A stretch of 64,000 nt of DNA from Candidatus Omnitrophota bacterium (GCA_023247795.1 JAHFFT010000008.1:1519-65518), one strand, 5' to 3'. Counted from the first letter of the stretch, positions 9,784 to 20,845 are shown. The notes: a model not told the origin generated them from the sequence alone. A program made the numbers and translations.

Positions 9784-10947
9784 TTAGGCGACCGCCATGA
9801 TTTCTTTTTCCAGACGCGCGGCCTTATCCGTTTTCTCCCAACTGAATTCACTTCGCCCAAAATGACCATAAGCCGCTGTATTTTGATAAATCGGCCTCAG
9901 CAGATCCAGTTCCTTGATGATCCCGCGGGGAGTTAAATTGAAATTCCGACGGACAACCTCAACCAATTTTTGTTCGGAAACATTGCCAGTGCCAAAGGTA
10001 TCAATCATGACACTGACCGGTTCGGCCTTTCCGATCGCGTAACCCAGTTGGATCCAGCATTTCTTCGCCAACTTAGCAGCGACGATATTCTTCGCGACAT
10101 AGCGGGCCATATAGGTCGCGGAACGATCGACTTTGCTGGGATCTTTTCCAGAAAAAGCGCCCCCACCATGAGAAACCACACCGCCATACGTATCGACAAC
10201 GATCTTGCGTCCGGTGACCCCGGTATCTGACTGCGGGCCGCCAATGACAAATTTTCCGGTTTCATTGACATAAAATTTGGTTTTTTCATCAATAAGGTCT
10301 TTGACGATCGGCATCGCGACCGTATCAATGATCTCGCGCTTTGAATCTTCAGTAATCCGTTTTCCCGACGAGTCAAGGATTTCATCCGTATGCTGACAGG
10401 CCAACACAACCGTATCAACGCGCTGCGGGACATCATCTTCATATTCAACAGTCACCTGACTCTTACAATCCGGGCCTAGATAATGCAATATTTTTTCTTT
10501 ACGAACCTGCTCAACCCGACGAACCAAGCGATGCGCGAGCATGATCGGCAGCGGCATCAATTCCGGAGTTTCATCGCAAGCATATCCGATCATGATCCCT
10601 TGATCACCAGCACCCCCGGCATCCACTCCCTGGGCGATGTCCGGCGACTGCGAATTGATGGCGTTCAAAATGGCCGCGGTATCGGCATTGAATCCGTACT
10701 TTTGGTGGGTATATCCGATGTCGGTTAAAACTTTTCTCACCAATTTATGAACATCCACATAAGACGTAGTAGTGATTTCACCGCCGACAATCACGAGCCC
10801 CATCGAAATGAACGTCTCGCAGGCAACCCTTCCCTTTGGGTCTTCTTTAAAAATCGAATCCAACACCGCGTCGGAAATTTGATCACAGACTTTATCCGGA
10901 TGACCGTTCCCTACTGATTCTGAAGTAAAAAAGTATTGTCCTTTCAC
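9784..10947 (-). CDS. metK: S-adenosylmethionine synthetase
   Basis: [38 protein letters not shown]. Confidence 0.98.
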   Translation of the reverse strand: MKGQYFFTSESVGNGHPDKVCDQISDAVLDSIFKEDPKGRVACETFISMGLVIVGGEITTTSYVDVHKLVRKVLTDIGYTHQKYGFNADTAAILNAINSQSPDIAQGVDAGGAGDQGIMIGYACDETPELMPLPIMLAHRLVRRVEQVRKEKILHYLGPDCKSQVTVEYEDDVPQRVDTVVLACQHTDEILDSSGKRITEDSKREIIDTVAMPIVKDLIDEKTKFYVNETGKFVIGGPQSDTGVTGRKIVVDTYGGVVSHGGGAFSGKDPSKVDRSATYMARYVAKNIVAAKLAKKCWIQLGYAIGKAEPVSVMIDTFGTGNVSEQKLVEVVRRNFNLTPRGIIKELDLLRPIYQNTAAYGHFGRSEFSWEKTDKAARLEKEIMAVA

Positions 10948-11711
10948 GGGATTTTCCTTTCTTTCTGTTTTTTGAGTTTGAAAACCATCTGGGCGTCTTG
11001 ATATGATTCAATGCTACCGATATCATACCAGGTTCCCTGAAATTTAAAACCATAAACGTCGGTTTGTTCCGACAACCATTTGATATACTCCCCGGCCTTG
11101 TCCGCCTTATTCGTCTGCTGTTGATACCTTTTCACCGTCGCCAAAGATTCCCGAGGCAAAAAATAACAGCACATGGCAATCAAACTGGATTTGGGCTTTT
11201 TTGGCTTTTCTTCAAAGGAAATGATTTTTTTATTGGCATCAACCGCCGCCACCCCAAACTTTGTCGCTTCTGCAATCTGACCGATGTCATAAAGCCCCAA
11301 ACTGACCGAAGGGGACTTGCTTTGGGCGAACGCGACAAACTCTTTCAATCCAAAATCGAAAAGGTTGTCCCCGCCTAAAACCAAGACATCATCAACAATC
11401 TTCTCGGCATCCAAAGCAAAAATGATATCGCCGATTGATCCCAACCGATTTTCAGGAGAAGATGTCCCGTCGCTGATCACCTTGATTTCAAAAGAACGGC
11501 CCTTTTGATCCCGCGCCCAACGGCAAAAATGATCATAAAACTTCTCATTGCTGACAACAGTAACTTTATCGAGATCCGGCAGACCTTGAACATCGGCCAA
11601 AAGATAATCGATGATCGGCTGACCCGCAACGTCTAACAACGGTTTTGGAGTATCTTTGATATACGGATACAAACGGGTGCCGTATCCGGCCGCTAATATC
11701 AAACCTTTCAT
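10944..11711 (-). CDS. Sugar-phosphate nucleotidyltransferase family protein
   Basis: [25 protein letters not shown] motifs. Confidence 0.9.
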   Translation of the reverse strand: MKGLILAAGYGTRLYPYIKDTPKPLLDVAGQPIIDYLLADVQGLPDLDKVTVVSNEKFYDHFCRWARDQKGRSFEIKVISDGTSSPENRLGSIGDIIFALDAEKIVDDVLVLGGDNLFDFGLKEFVAFAQSKSPSVSLGLYDIGQIAEATKFGVAAVDANKKIISFEEKPKKPKSSLIAMCCYFLPRESLATVKRYQQQTNKADKAGEYIKWLSEQTDVYGFKFQGTWYDIGSIESYQDAQMVFKLKKQKERKIP

Positions 11712-11716
11712 AAAAC

Positions 11717-13477
11717 TCAATCCCCGCTCTTAAGGACCGCCGGAGCCAATTCCTGCAGTTTGGCTTTGCACAACTCCTCAACATCCTGGCCCGTTGACAA
11801 AGATAACGCCTCCTGGGCAAGCTTCTGCGCGTCGGTAAACCGAACACTTCGTATGAGCTTTTTGATTTGTAAAACATTTAACGGTGTCATACTCAACTCA
11901 TCGATGCCCATCCCCAAAAGCAGCAAGGCAGAGACCGGTTCACTGGCCATCTCGCCGCAAAGACTCACCGGAATGTGCGCCTGATACCCCGCGTCAACAG
12001 CCATCTTGATCAAACGCAGGATCGACGGATGAAACGGTTCATAAAAGGATGCGGTTTGTTCATTCACCCTTCCCACGGCCAGGGCATATTGAATCAAATC
12101 ATTGGTGCCGATGCTGAAAAAATCGCTCTCCTGAGCAAGGCTATCGGCAGTGACAGCTGCCGACGGAACTTCAATCATCGCCCCCACCTGAATGTTTTCA
12201 TCAAAGGCGATCTTTTCTTCGCGCAACTGCATTTTCACTTCTTCTAAAATGGCATTGGCCTGGCGCATTTCACTGACCCCGGAAATCATCGGATACATCA
12301 TTTTGATTTTCCCATGCGCCGACGCCTTCAAGATGGCCCGGATTTGTGTTTTAAAAATGTCTGGCCGGGCCAAACAAAATTTGATCGCCCGCCATCCTAA
12401 AAAGGGGACCATGTCTCTGGGCACCTGCAAACTGGAAATGAATTTATCTCCCCCCAAATCCAGCGTGCGTATGGTGACCGGATGCGGCGCCATGGAGCGC
12501 ACGACGCGCTGATAAGTCTCCAACTGCTCTTCCTCCGACGGAAGATCAACCCGATTCATGTAAAAATATTCCGTGCGAAACAAACCGATCCCCACCGGGC
12601 CTTGGCGCTTGATGAGCGGAATCTCTCCTGGAAGTTCCAGATTGGTCGCCAGGGTGATGATCCTTTTATCCAACGTCTCCGCGGGCAGGTCCTTGATATC
12701 GGCAAAACGGCCGCGGGACGCAAAAATGCGGCCTTTCTCTTTTCGATAGATTTCTCGAGTTTTTTCTTCCGGCCGGATGATGACCAGCCCCATGCGGCCG
12801 TCGACAATCATTTCATCCTGATTGCTGATTCGCATGGTCGCGTCTTTTAACCCCACCACCGCCGGAATTCCCAGCGACTTTGCCATGATCGCGGTATGCG
12901 ACGTCCGACCACCGATATCGGTCACAAATCCCAAAACATTTCTTCCGACCATGCTGGCGGTATCTGACGGTGACAAATCATGCGCGATGAGTATGAATTC
13001 TTCTTTGAATTGGTCGATCTCGCTCAAACGGTCTTCATCGATCAGATTTCTTAACACCCGACGAGCGATATCTTTCAAATCCGCGGTCCGCTCTTTCAAA
13101 TAATCATCTTGAATATTTTTAAACGCCTCCGCGTACCTTTTAAAAACATTGGAAAAAATATACTCCGCCGACTGCTTCTCCCGTTGGATCCGTTTGCTGA
13201 CTTCCTCAATCAGCATCCGGTCTTCCAAAACCAAAAGATGCGCGTCAAAAATCTGCGCGTCCTGGCCGCCCATCTGCTCGCTGATTTTCTTGCGAATGCC
13301 GGCAATCTGTTCCCGGGTTTTGATCAGCGCCTCTTCAAAGCGGGCGATTTCGATCGGCACTTCTTTTTCCATAATCGCCCGGGCCGGGACAACCATTTCC
13401 TGCTTATTGACGATATAAGCCGGCCCCATGGCAATTCCCGGCGCGGCCGGGATCCCTTTTAAAACAATCTCATTCAT
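11717..13477 (-). CDS. ptsI: PEP-protein phosphotransferase (PTS enzyme I)
   Basis: GGRTSHTAIMA, GIGLFRTE, RTLDLGGDK, DFFSIGTNDL, CGEMA. Confidence 0.96.
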   Translation of the reverse strand: MNEIVLKGIPAAPGIAMGPAYIVNKQEMVVPARAIMEKEVPIEIARFEEALIKTREQIAGIRKKISEQMGGQDAQIFDAHLLVLEDRMLIEEVSKRIQREKQSAEYIFSNVFKRYAEAFKNIQDDYLKERTADLKDIARRVLRNLIDEDRLSEIDQFKEEFILIAHDLSPSDTASMVGRNVLGFVTDIGGRTSHTAIMAKSLGIPAVVGLKDATMRISNQDEMIVDGRMGLVIIRPEEKTREIYRKEKGRIFASRGRFADIKDLPAETLDKRIITLATNLELPGEIPLIKRQGPVGIGLFRTEYFYMNRVDLPSEEEQLETYQRVVRSMAPHPVTIRTLDLGGDKFISSLQVPRDMVPFLGWRAIKFCLARPDIFKTQIRAILKASAHGKIKMMYPMISGVSEMRQANAILEEVKMQLREEKIAFDENIQVGAMIEVPSAAVTADSLAQESDFFSIGTNDLIQYALAVGRVNEQTASFYEPFHPSILRLIKMAVDAGYQAHIPVSLCGEMASEPVSALLLLGMGIDELSMTPLNVLQIKKLIRSVRFTDAQKLAQEALSLSTGQDVEELCKAKLQELAPAVLKSGD

Positions 13478-13733
13478 CTTTTTTTAAAAACTCCTCGAGC
13501 TCATTGATCAAGACTTCAGCATCGTCTCCTTCTGCCGTCAAGGTGATGGTACTATTTCGTTCAATTCCCAGCATCAACAATCCCATAATGGATTTCCCAT
13601 TGACCGATTCATTCCCCTTTTTTACCGTCAGCTGGCTATTGTACTTGATCGCGATCTGAACAAAGATGGCGGCCGGACGGGCATGCATTCCCTGTTCGCT
13701 GGTGACTGTACAATCCTTAACAATTTTGGGCAT
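13470..13733 (-). CDS. ptsH: Phosphocarrier protein HPr
   Basis: GMHARPAA (His15) and NGKSIMGLLML (Ser46) motifs. Confidence 0.95.
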   Translation of the reverse strand: MPKIVKDCTVTSEQGMHARPAAIFVQIAIKYNSQLTVKKGNESVNGKSIMGLLMLGIERNSTITLTAEGDDAEVLINELEEFLKKDE

Positions 13734-13734
13734 A

Positions 13735-14973
13735 TTACCTCTTGATGACGCGATATTGTTCGATCAATTTGATGAGGGCCTTGTTCAATTTTGCTGAGTC
13801 GTGCCGGACATAATCTTTGACGCTCAAAAGATCGGTCGCGACAACCTTGCACCCCATAGTTTTAACCTGATCAATATCCAATTCAACCGGAAAGGAACCT
13901 TCAACCTTATAACGCCCCAAGGCCTCTAAAGGGATTTGTCCGTCATTCACCAAACAGGCATCAAGCACATCCTTATGGGAATGCTCTGTCAGCACTCTGA
14001 CGTGATCGCTGACTTTGTAACTATCGGTTTCTCCCCGCTGCGTCATCACGTTGCAGATATAAATTTTAAAAGCTTTTGACCCGGCGATCGCGTCCACGAT
14101 TTCTTTAATCAGAAGGTTTGGCAAAATGCTGGTATACAAACTGCCCGGGCCCAGAATGATCACATCCGCTTCGTTGATCGCGTCCAAGGCTTCCTGGGTG
14201 GGGGCGGGATTTTCCGGTTTTAAAAAAACTTTATTGATCTTCGATCGCCGTTCGGGAATTTTGGCTTCTCCCTCGACGATCGATCCGTCTTCATATTCGG
14301 CGGCCAGATGAACGTTGGCCACCGTGGAAGGGACAACCTTTCCGCGGATCGCGAGCACCCGGCTGGATTCCTTGACCGCTTTTTCAAAATCTCCGGTCAA
14401 TTGGACCATGGCGGTTAAAAAAAGATTACCAAAATTATGCCCCTGCAGCTGCGAGCCTTCGGGAAAGCGAAACTGAAACAACTCTCCCATCAGGGCCGGC
14501 GCGTCGGCCAAGGCGACCAGACAGTTTCGAATGTCACCGGGGGCGACAATCTTGAATTCTTCACGCAATCGTCCGGAGGACCCACCGCTATCAGCCACCG
14601 TTACAATCGCCGTGATATTGGCGGTATATTCTTTCAGCCCAAGGATCAGGTGAGAAAGGCCATGCCCTCCCCCCAACGCGACGATTTTCGGTCCGCGCTC
14701 CAAATACCGACGCTGATAAAGGATATTAACAAGTTCTCTTTCCCCTTTCGGCAAAAAGATCGTGATCAGCGAAACAATCATTTTGCCGGTCCCCATGACA
14801 ATGAGAACAACCCCGCAGACAATGATGATCAGTCCGAAAATTCTAACCAAGACATAAGCCGAGGCAAAGCCCACTGCCCCACCGCCGACGATGATAACAC
14901 CCAGCATCGAGGTCAAGAGCCATCGTTTGATTCTCATGCCGGGATACAGCCATTTAACAAAATTATTTGGCAT
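13735..14973 (-). CDS. yvcK: Gluconeogenesis factor YvcK/GlmR family with N-terminal TM segments
   Basis: WLYPGMRIKRW, GGGHGL, VADSGGSSGRLR, GPGSLYTS, RHD motifs. Confidence 0.92.
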   Translation of the reverse strand: MPNNFVKWLYPGMRIKRWLLTSMLGVIIVGGGAVGFASAYVLVRIFGLIIIVCGVVLIVMGTGKMIVSLITIFLPKGERELVNILYQRRYLERGPKIVALGGGHGLSHLILGLKEYTANITAIVTVADSGGSSGRLREEFKIVAPGDIRNCLVALADAPALMGELFQFRFPEGSQLQGHNFGNLFLTAMVQLTGDFEKAVKESSRVLAIRGKVVPSTVANVHLAAEYEDGSIVEGEAKIPERRSKINKVFLKPENPAPTQEALDAINEADVIILGPGSLYTSILPNLLIKEIVDAIAGSKAFKIYICNVMTQRGETDSYKVSDHVRVLTEHSHKDVLDACLVNDGQIPLEALGRYKVEGSFPVELDIDQVKTMGCKVVATDLLSVKDYVRHDSAKLNKALIKLIEQYRVIKR

Positions 14974-14987
14974 TTTTAAACCGTACG

Positions 14988-15461
14988 CTAAGAATTCGAC
15001 TGGCCGTCTTCATGAGCCAAGAGCTCTAAAATGGCCTTGGGGTCTAAAGCGGATTTTAAACTTTCTCTGAAGTATTTGTCTTTCAGCAGGCGTGAAATTT
15101 TTGCTAAGGCTTTGAGGTGGGGACCTGCCGAATCAATGGGGGCGAGCAATAGAAAAAAGATGTAGGCCGGTTCTCCATCGAGTGAATCAAAATCAACTCC
15201 TTTTTTGCTGATTCCGAGCGCGGCGGTTAATTTGCTGACACTTTCCGATTTTCCGTGAGGGATGGCAATACCTTGTCCGACCGCCGTCGAGCCCAAGGCC
15301 TCGCGCGCCATGAGCACCTCGATGATCTTGCTGCGGCTTTTCTTCTCAACCGCGCTGGCTTTAACCAACTGATCAACCATCTCTTCAATGAGCTCAGTTT
15401 TGCTGGTCGCTTGCAGCTGCGCGCTCACAGCTTTGGAACAAAGAAAATCACTTATTTTCAT
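14988..15461 (-). CDS. PTS IIA component (fructose/Ntr type)
   Basis: REALGSTAVGQGIAIPH, FDSLDG, HLKALAKISR. Confidence 0.92.
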   Translation of the reverse strand: MKISDFLCSKAVSAQLQATSKTELIEEMVDQLVKASAVEKKSRSKIIEVLMAREALGSTAVGQGIAIPHGKSESVSKLTAALGISKKGVDFDSLDGEPAYIFFLLLAPIDSAGPHLKALAKISRLLKDKYFRESLKSALDPKAILELLAHEDGQSNS

Positions 15462-15589
15462 TTACGACTCCTTCTTCCTGTTCGACTCTTGCTGTTCATG
15501 TGCCATTTCCCCAAATGATTCCTTTTCAAATGATAACAAAACGCAAAACAACATCAGATTTCATTTTCCTCGCCAATATCCGCAGAAAG

Positions 15590-15663
15590 AGCGGCGGATG
15601 GGATTTGAACCCATGACATCCACCTTGGCAAGGTGGCATTCTAGCCAACTGAATTACCGCCGC
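15590..15663 (-). tRNA. tRNA-Gly(GCC), CCA not encoded
   Basis: Cloverleaf GCGGCGG...CCGCCGC, anticodon arm CCACC-TTGCCAA-GGTGG, T-loop TTCAAAT. Confidence 0.96.
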
Positions 15664-15696
15664 GGAATTTGCCTATCGTTCCCAAATAGCAGCTTA

Positions 15697-15778
15697 TGGG
15701 CGAGAGAGGACTTGAACCTCCATGGATTGCTCCACTAGTTCCTAAGACTAGCGCGTCTACCAATTCCGCCACCCGCCC
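15697..15778 (-). tRNA. tRNA-Leu(TAG)
   Basis: GGGCGGGTGGCGGAATTGGTAGACGCG; anticodon arm CTAGT-CTTAGGA-ACTAG; long variable arm. Confidence 0.96.
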
Positions 15779-15800
15779 CTATTCACTCTTCCCTAATTCA

Positions 15801-15873
15801 TGACCCACCCGCGACTCGAACGCGGCACGCCTGCCTTAAAAGGGCAGTGCTCTACCAGATGAGCTAGTGGGTC
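15801..15873 (-). tRNA. tRNA-Lys(TTT)
   Basis: GACCCAC...GTGGGTC acceptor stem; anticodon arm CTGCC-CTTTTAA-GGCAG; GTTCGAGTC. Confidence 0.96.
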
Positions 15874-15886
15874 AAATCCCCACAAT

Positions 15887-16447
15887 CTATTTTTCCAACA
15901 ATTCGCCCTGTTTGTCTTCTAAAATTTTTTCAACGTCTTTGATAAAAATATCCGTTAACTTCTGGATCTCGTCCTGTCCGCGAAACGCCTCATCTTCCGA
16001 AATCAATTTATCGGCCTGGCCCTTTTTAACCCGATCATTGGCTTCCCGACGGATCGTTCTTAAAGAAATCCTTCCATGCTCGGCCATGTCCTTCACGGCC
16101 TTAATCAATTCCTGACGACGTTCACCGGAAAGCTGCGGAATGCTGATCCTCACCATATTCCCGTCGTTGAACGGAGTCAAACCCAATTTCGATCCTTGAA
16201 CGGCCTTTTCGATTTCCGGCAAAGCATTTTTGTCCCAGGGTTGAATGACAATCGTCCGTGGGTCTGCCACCGAAATGGAAGCGACCTGTTTTAACAAGGT
16301 CGGGGTCCCATAATATTCGATATGCATCCCTTCAAACAAACCCGGATGGGCGCGTCCGGTACGGACTTCATTGAACTCCCGTCGGACCGCTTCAACGGCC
16401 TTCTTCATTTTACCTTCCGAATCCTTTTTGATATCTTTGATATTCAT
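15887..16447 (-). CDS. frr: Ribosome recycling factor
   Basis: RTGRA, YYGTPT, IQPWDK, IRREAND; conserved rpsB-tsf-pyrH-frr order. Confidence 0.97.
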   Translation of the reverse strand: MNIKDIKKDSEGKMKKAVEAVRREFNEVRTGRAHPGLFEGMHIEYYGTPTLLKQVASISVADPRTIVIQPWDKNALPEIEKAVQGSKLGLTPFNDGNMVRISIPQLSGERRQELIKAVKDMAEHGRISLRTIRREANDRVKKGQADKLISEDEAFRGQDEIQKLTDIFIKDVEKILEDKQGELLEK

Positions 16448-16493
16448 GACCCCCCTCGCTATTGCTCCGTCAAATCAATTCTTGGCGGTGTGC

Positions 16494-17210
16494 TTATTGC
16501 ACAATGGTTCCGATATCTTCGCCTAAAATCGCTTTTTTGATGTTGCCTGGTTTGGTAAGATTAAAAACCACAATGGGGATTTGGTTATCCATGCACAAAC
16601 TCACCGCCGTCGCGTCCATGACCTGATAATTCTTTTTCAAAACATCGATGAATTTCAACTTTTTAAAACGCTTGGCTGTCGGGTCCTTGACCGGGTCCGC
16701 CGAATAAATCCCGTCCACTTTCGTTGCCTTAAAAATCACGTCGGCCTTGATCTCCGCGGCACGCAGGGCCGCCGTCGTGTCGGTCGTAAAATAAGGATTG
16801 CCGGTACCGGCGACAAAAATGACCACCCGTCCTTTTTCCATATGACGGATGGCCCGACGACGAATATACGGTTCGGCAATGGCCCGCATTTCGATCGCCG
16901 ACATGACGCGCGACGCCACACCAATCTTTTCCAAGGCATTCTGCAAGGCCAACCCGTTAAGGACCGTTGCCAGCATCCCCATATAATCAGCGACCGCGCG
17001 ATCCAAGCCAAAATGTTTGGAGGCCACTTGACCGCGAAAAATATTTCCTCCGCCGACGACCAAAGATACCGTCGCTCCCAAATCACAAATCTCTTTGATC
17101 TGAGCGGCGATCGAAGCGCACATCTCTGCGTCAATACCGTGCTGCTGAGCGCCCATCATGGCCTCACCGCTCAATTTTAAAACGATCGTCTTATAAACGG
17201 GTTTACTCAA
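16494..17210 (-). CDS. pyrH: UMP kinase
   Basis: [32 protein letters not shown]. Confidence 0.98.
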   Translation of the reverse strand: MSKPVYKTIVLKLSGEAMMGAQQHGIDAEMCASIAAQIKEICDLGATVSLVVGGGNIFRGQVASKHFGLDRAVADYMGMLATVLNGLALQNALEKIGVASRVMSAIEMRAIAEPYIRRRAIRHMEKGRVVIFVAGTGNPYFTTDTTAALRAAEIKADVIFKATKVDGIYSADPVKDPTAKRFKKLKFIDVLKKNYQVMDATAVSLCMDNQIPIVVFNLTKPGNIKKAILGEDIGTIVQ

Positions 17211-17736
17211 CCTCTCCTACCTTGTAGCGCTTGAAACGGCTAATGACGATATTCTCGCCAATTTTTCCAATCAAACCGGTCAAAATATCCTGGATCGTCG
17301 TCCCCTGATCTCTAACAAAAGGCTGATTCAGCAGACAACTTTCTTTGATAAAAGATTTTTGGTCCGGTTGTTGATTTAACAGGTCTTGCGGCACGTCGGC
17401 TTCCTTAATATACGCTGGATTCATCCATGCTATATGCATGGCCACATCTTTGCAAAACCGGCAAAAATCTTCGTTTCGGGCCACAAAGTCGGTCTCACAA
17501 TTCACTTCCAAGAGAACCGCGATCTTGTTGCCAGCGTGCACGTAAGAATCAACGCGGCCTTCCTTTGTCACCCGCGAACTCTTCTTGGCTGCCATTTCCC
17601 TGTTCTTCTCCAAGAGGATTGCTTTAGCGCGATTGAAATCCCCCTTAGCCTCTTCCAAGGCCTTCTTACAATCAATCACTCCGCAAGAAGTCAACTCTCG
17701 CAGCTCTTTGATCTGATCCAATGATTCCATCTTCAT
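17203..17736 (-). CDS. tsf: Elongation factor Ts (short form)
   Basis: [32 protein letters not shown]. Confidence 0.96.
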   Translation of the reverse strand: MKMESLDQIKELRELTSCGVIDCKKALEEAKGDFNRAKAILLEKNREMAAKKSSRVTKEGRVDSYVHAGNKIAVLLEVNCETDFVARNEDFCRFCKDVAMHIAWMNPAYIKEADVPQDLLNQQPDQKSFIKESCLLNQPFVRDQGTTIQDILTGLIGKIGENIVISRFKRYKVGEVE

Positions 17737-17822
17737 ACTTATCTCCTGACTATGATTGATGCTGAAAGATTGAAATATTCCGCATCAACTCTCTTCCTAG
17801 AATTGTGATATTGAAATGACGA

Positions 17823-18671
17823 TTATCCCTTAGCGCCATCCGGCGCGGCATGCGCCCGGACGGTTTCCGTTACAGCCGAATTTTTTGCGGATTCTTTTGC
17901 CGCCGACTTTCCCTGAATAGTGGGAATAACGGCCGGAACCTTTTCCACTGCTTCTTTTTTCTTTCTTAAACTTTCAGCGTCGAGGAACTGGGTCCTTCCT
18001 TCCACGATCGCGTCAGCAATCACCGAGGTAATATACCGGACCGCTTTCAGAGCGTCGTCATTGCCCGGTATGGGATAGAGCACCAAGTCCGGATCACAAT
18101 TGGTATCAAGCAGACCAATCACTGGAATTTGCAAACGGTTCGCTTCCTGGACCGCGATCTCTTCGCGTTTGGTATCAACAATAAAAAGCGCTGTTGGCAA
18201 AGTCTTCATTTCCCGCATACCGCCCAGATCGCGCAACAATTTTTCCTTTTCCTTTTTGAGAATACTGACTTCCTTCTTTTTCAAATTTTCAAACACACCA
18301 TCTTTTTCCATTTTTTCGATGCGTTCCAATTTGGCAAATGACAATTTAACGGTTTGAAAATTGGTCATCAGTCCACCCATCCAACGAACACTGACATAAG
18401 GCATGCCGGCCCGCTGAGCTTCCTGTTCGATCACATCCTTGGCCTGCTTTTTTGTCCCGACAAAAAGGATGTGCCCACCTTTGGAGGTGAGGTCACGGGC
18501 ATAATCAAAGGCCCGATCAAGATATTCTTTGGTTTTCTCGAGATCAATGATGTAGATGCCGCTGCGTTCACCAAAAATAAATCGCTGCATCTTCGGATTC
18601 CAGCGACGGGTTTGATGTCCAAAATGAACACCACTTTCAAGCAATTTCTTTAAGACTTCTTCTGCCATCAT
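17823..18671 (-). CDS. rpsB: 30S ribosomal protein S2
   Basis: GVHFGHQTRRWNPKM, FVGTKKQA, RWMGGLMTNF, DTNCDP, PGNDD. Confidence 0.98.
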   Translation of the reverse strand: MMAEEVLKKLLESGVHFGHQTRRWNPKMQRFIFGERSGIYIIDLEKTKEYLDRAFDYARDLTSKGGHILFVGTKKQAKDVIEQEAQRAGMPYVSVRWMGGLMTNFQTVKLSFAKLERIEKMEKDGVFENLKKKEVSILKKEKEKLLRDLGGMREMKTLPTALFIVDTKREEIAVQEANRLQIPVIGLLDTNCDPDLVLYPIPGNDDALKAVRYITSVIADAIVEGRTQFLDAESLRKKKEAVEKVPAVIPTIQGKSAAKESAKNSAVTETVRAHAAPDGAKG

Positions 18672-18771
18672 AACTCCTTCTCATTTTCACCTATAGGCGG
18701 GAGATCCTAGATTTGACTAGAATACAATCAAGTGAATATAGATGATTACCTGTTATTCGAAATTCCTCAGA

Positions 18772-18820
18772 CGGGTTAAGGCTGCACCAGCAAACCTTAC
18801 CATGGATGCACACAACATCC
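18772..18820 (-). promoter_or_regulatory. Candidate structured rpsB (S2) leader
   Basis: Hairpins GGATG/CATCC and TAAGGTTTGC-TGGT-GCAGCCTTA followed by AACCC (possible GGU/ACC pseudoknot) in a ~190-nt 5'UTR. Confidence 0.35.
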
Positions 18821-18869
18821 TCATTCAGACTCTTTCACTTCATGCCAGAGCCTGGTCCGAAGAACATAA

Positions 18870-18898
18870 AGTATACAAAATAATCATTTTCTTTGCAA
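18870..18898 (-). promoter_or_regulatory. sigma70 promoter of the rpsB-tsf operon
   Basis: TTGCAA-17nt-TATACT. Confidence 0.65.
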
Positions 18899-18955
18899 CT
18901 GTTTATTTGGGAAGGAGTTTTGTGTTTGGTAGATTTGCCGCGAAGACCCTGGGGA

Positions 18956-20752
18956 TCAAACCTGAAAACCGCTCGTCTCATAAAGCCGCTTATACAGCTC
19001 GCTGGTATTCAGCAACTCACTATGTTTGCCCATACCTTCGATACGGCCATTTTTTAGAACCACAATCTTATCCGCTTTTTTGATCGTTGATAGCCGGTGG
19101 GCGATGGCGATGACCGTACGGCCTTGCATCAAGAGATCAAGCGCCTCTTGGACAAATTTTTCTGATTCGGAATCCAGCTGCGAGGTTGCCTCATCCAAAA
19201 TCAAAATGGCAGGGTTTTTCAAAACCGCCCGGGCAATCGTAAGACGCTGTTTCTCACCACCAGACAAACGAAAACCCCGGTCCCCGACAATGGTTTGATA
19301 TTGTTTGGGCAGTTCCATGATGAAAGAATGGGCATAGGCTTTTCTGGCGGCCTCTTCGACTTCCGGCTTGCTTGCCGACCGGGTCCCATAAGCAATGTTG
19401 TTGTACACCGTATCGTTAAATAAAAAGGTGTCTTGCGAAACAATCCCGATCTGCAAACGCAGTGACTGGAACGTGGCTGCCCTGACATCCATTCCGTCGA
19501 TTGTGACCCTTCCCTGAAACGGATCATAAAACCGCGGGATCAGGTTCGCGAGCGTCGATTTTCCGGTCCCGGTGGGCCCAACGATCGCGACCAATTCCCC
19601 GACTTTGATGTCGAGGTCAATATCTTTTAAGACCTCGTCTCCTTGCTTCTCATAACGGAAATGAACATGATCAAAAGAAATCCGGTCATGGATAACGGGG
19701 ATGTCTTTGGCATCTGGCGCTTCTTTGACCGTCGCCTGCTCGTCGAGGATGAGATAAATCCGATCATTCGCGGCCAAGGCCTGCTGGGTCACGGCATTGA
19801 CGTTGCCCAACTTTTTGATCGGACTGATGATCGACATCATCGAGGCAAAAAACAAGACAAAAATCCCAAAGGAAAGCTGGCCGTCCATCACCTGCCGGCC
19901 TAACCAAAAAATGATCGTGATCCCGCAAAGCACACCAAAAATTTCCGTGATCGGTGGCAAAACCAACAGCCGCTTGACCGCCTTCATGCGCAGTTTATAA
20001 AATTCATGATTCTGTTTGCCAAAGCGATCGATCTCTTCTTTTTCCGTGCAGAAAGCCTTGACCACCTTGATTCCGGAAATGGTTTCCAAAAGGATGGAAT
20101 TGATGTCCGCCATGCGCTCCTGCGACTGACGAGCGAGCTTACGCAGCTTACGACCAATCTGGGTCATGGGCCAGATGATCACCGGAAACACTAAAAAGAC
20201 AATAAGTGCTGCCTTGACATGAATCATAAACGCGGTGACCAAAAAACCTATCACCGTAAACGTCTGGACAAATAGGTCGGTGATGCTGTAAGAAACAGCG
20301 TTTTCAATCACCAGCACGTCGTGGGTGATCCGCGACATCAACTCGCCGGTGCGCTTTTCGCTGAAATAATCCAATGACAGAGACTGGATTTTTTCATACA
20401 GCCTTTGCCGGACGTCTCGCAAAATTCGTTGGGCGACATCGTTCATCAAATATTGATAAAGGTAGGTGAAAATGTGCTTAACGATCATGCCGACCAAAAT
20501 AACCAGCGGCATGACTTTCAGCAAGGTTTCCGGAGACTGACTGTTCAAATAGGTAATGGCATGGGTGAGAAAAGCCGGTAGTTTGTTTGGAACCACGATC
20601 GGCTGCTTGTTGAGGATGCGGTCTAAAAGCGGCACCAAAAGCGAAATCTCAAAGACCTTAAACATGCTGGAGACAACCATGGCCGCGACCGCAAAACTGA
20701 ACAGCTTTTTGTAGTCTTTGAGAAAACTGATAAGCCGGGTGTAATTCGTCAT
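18956..20752 (-). CDS. msbA: MsbA-like lipid ABC exporter (TMD+NBD)
   Basis: GPTGTGKST, LSGGEKQR, ILDEATS, IAHRLST; TM-rich N-half; divergent from lpxB; start set to MTNYTRL. Confidence 0.85.
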   Translation of the reverse strand: MTNYTRLISFLKDYKKLFSFAVAAMVVSSMFKVFEISLLVPLLDRILNKQPIVVPNKLPAFLTHAITYLNSQSPETLLKVMPLVILVGMIVKHIFTYLYQYLMNDVAQRILRDVRQRLYEKIQSLSLDYFSEKRTGELMSRITHDVLVIENAVSYSITDLFVQTFTVIGFLVTAFMIHVKAALIVFLVFPVIIWPMTQIGRKLRKLARQSQERMADINSILLETISGIKVVKAFCTEKEEIDRFGKQNHEFYKLRMKAVKRLLVLPPITEIFGVLCGITIIFWLGRQVMDGQLSFGIFVLFFASMMSIISPIKKLGNVNAVTQQALAANDRIYLILDEQATVKEAPDAKDIPVIHDRISFDHVHFRYEKQGDEVLKDIDLDIKVGELVAIVGPTGTGKSTLANLIPRFYDPFQGRVTIDGMDVRAATFQSLRLQIGIVSQDTFLFNDTVYNNIAYGTRSASKPEVEEAARKAYAHSFIMELPKQYQTIVGDRGFRLSGGEKQRLTIARAVLKNPAILILDEATSQLDSESEKFVQEALDLLMQGRTVIAIAHRLSTIKKADKIVVLKNGRIEGMGKHSELLNTSELYKRLYETSGFQV

Positions 20753-20810
20753 ATCTTTATGATTTGTAATAGGTTTGATGTTTTTGGAAGTATCGACTTT
20801 AGCATAGCAA

Positions 20811-20839
20811 TTGACTTTTGTCGAGGTATTTGTTATAGT
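20811..20839 (+). promoter_or_regulatory. sigma70 promoter with extended -10; leaderless transcript likely
   Basis: TTGACT-17nt-TATAGT (TGn before -10); ATG 20846 lies 6 nt downstream. Confidence 0.7.
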
Positions 20840-20845
20840 TGCGGC

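Noticed and set aside
15462-15554. 30-aa minus-strand ORF (…MAHEQQESNRKKES*) abutting the IIA start, faintly like the IIA C-terminus (LAHEDGQSNS)
   Set aside because: Too short, weak RBS, and the similarity could be chance.
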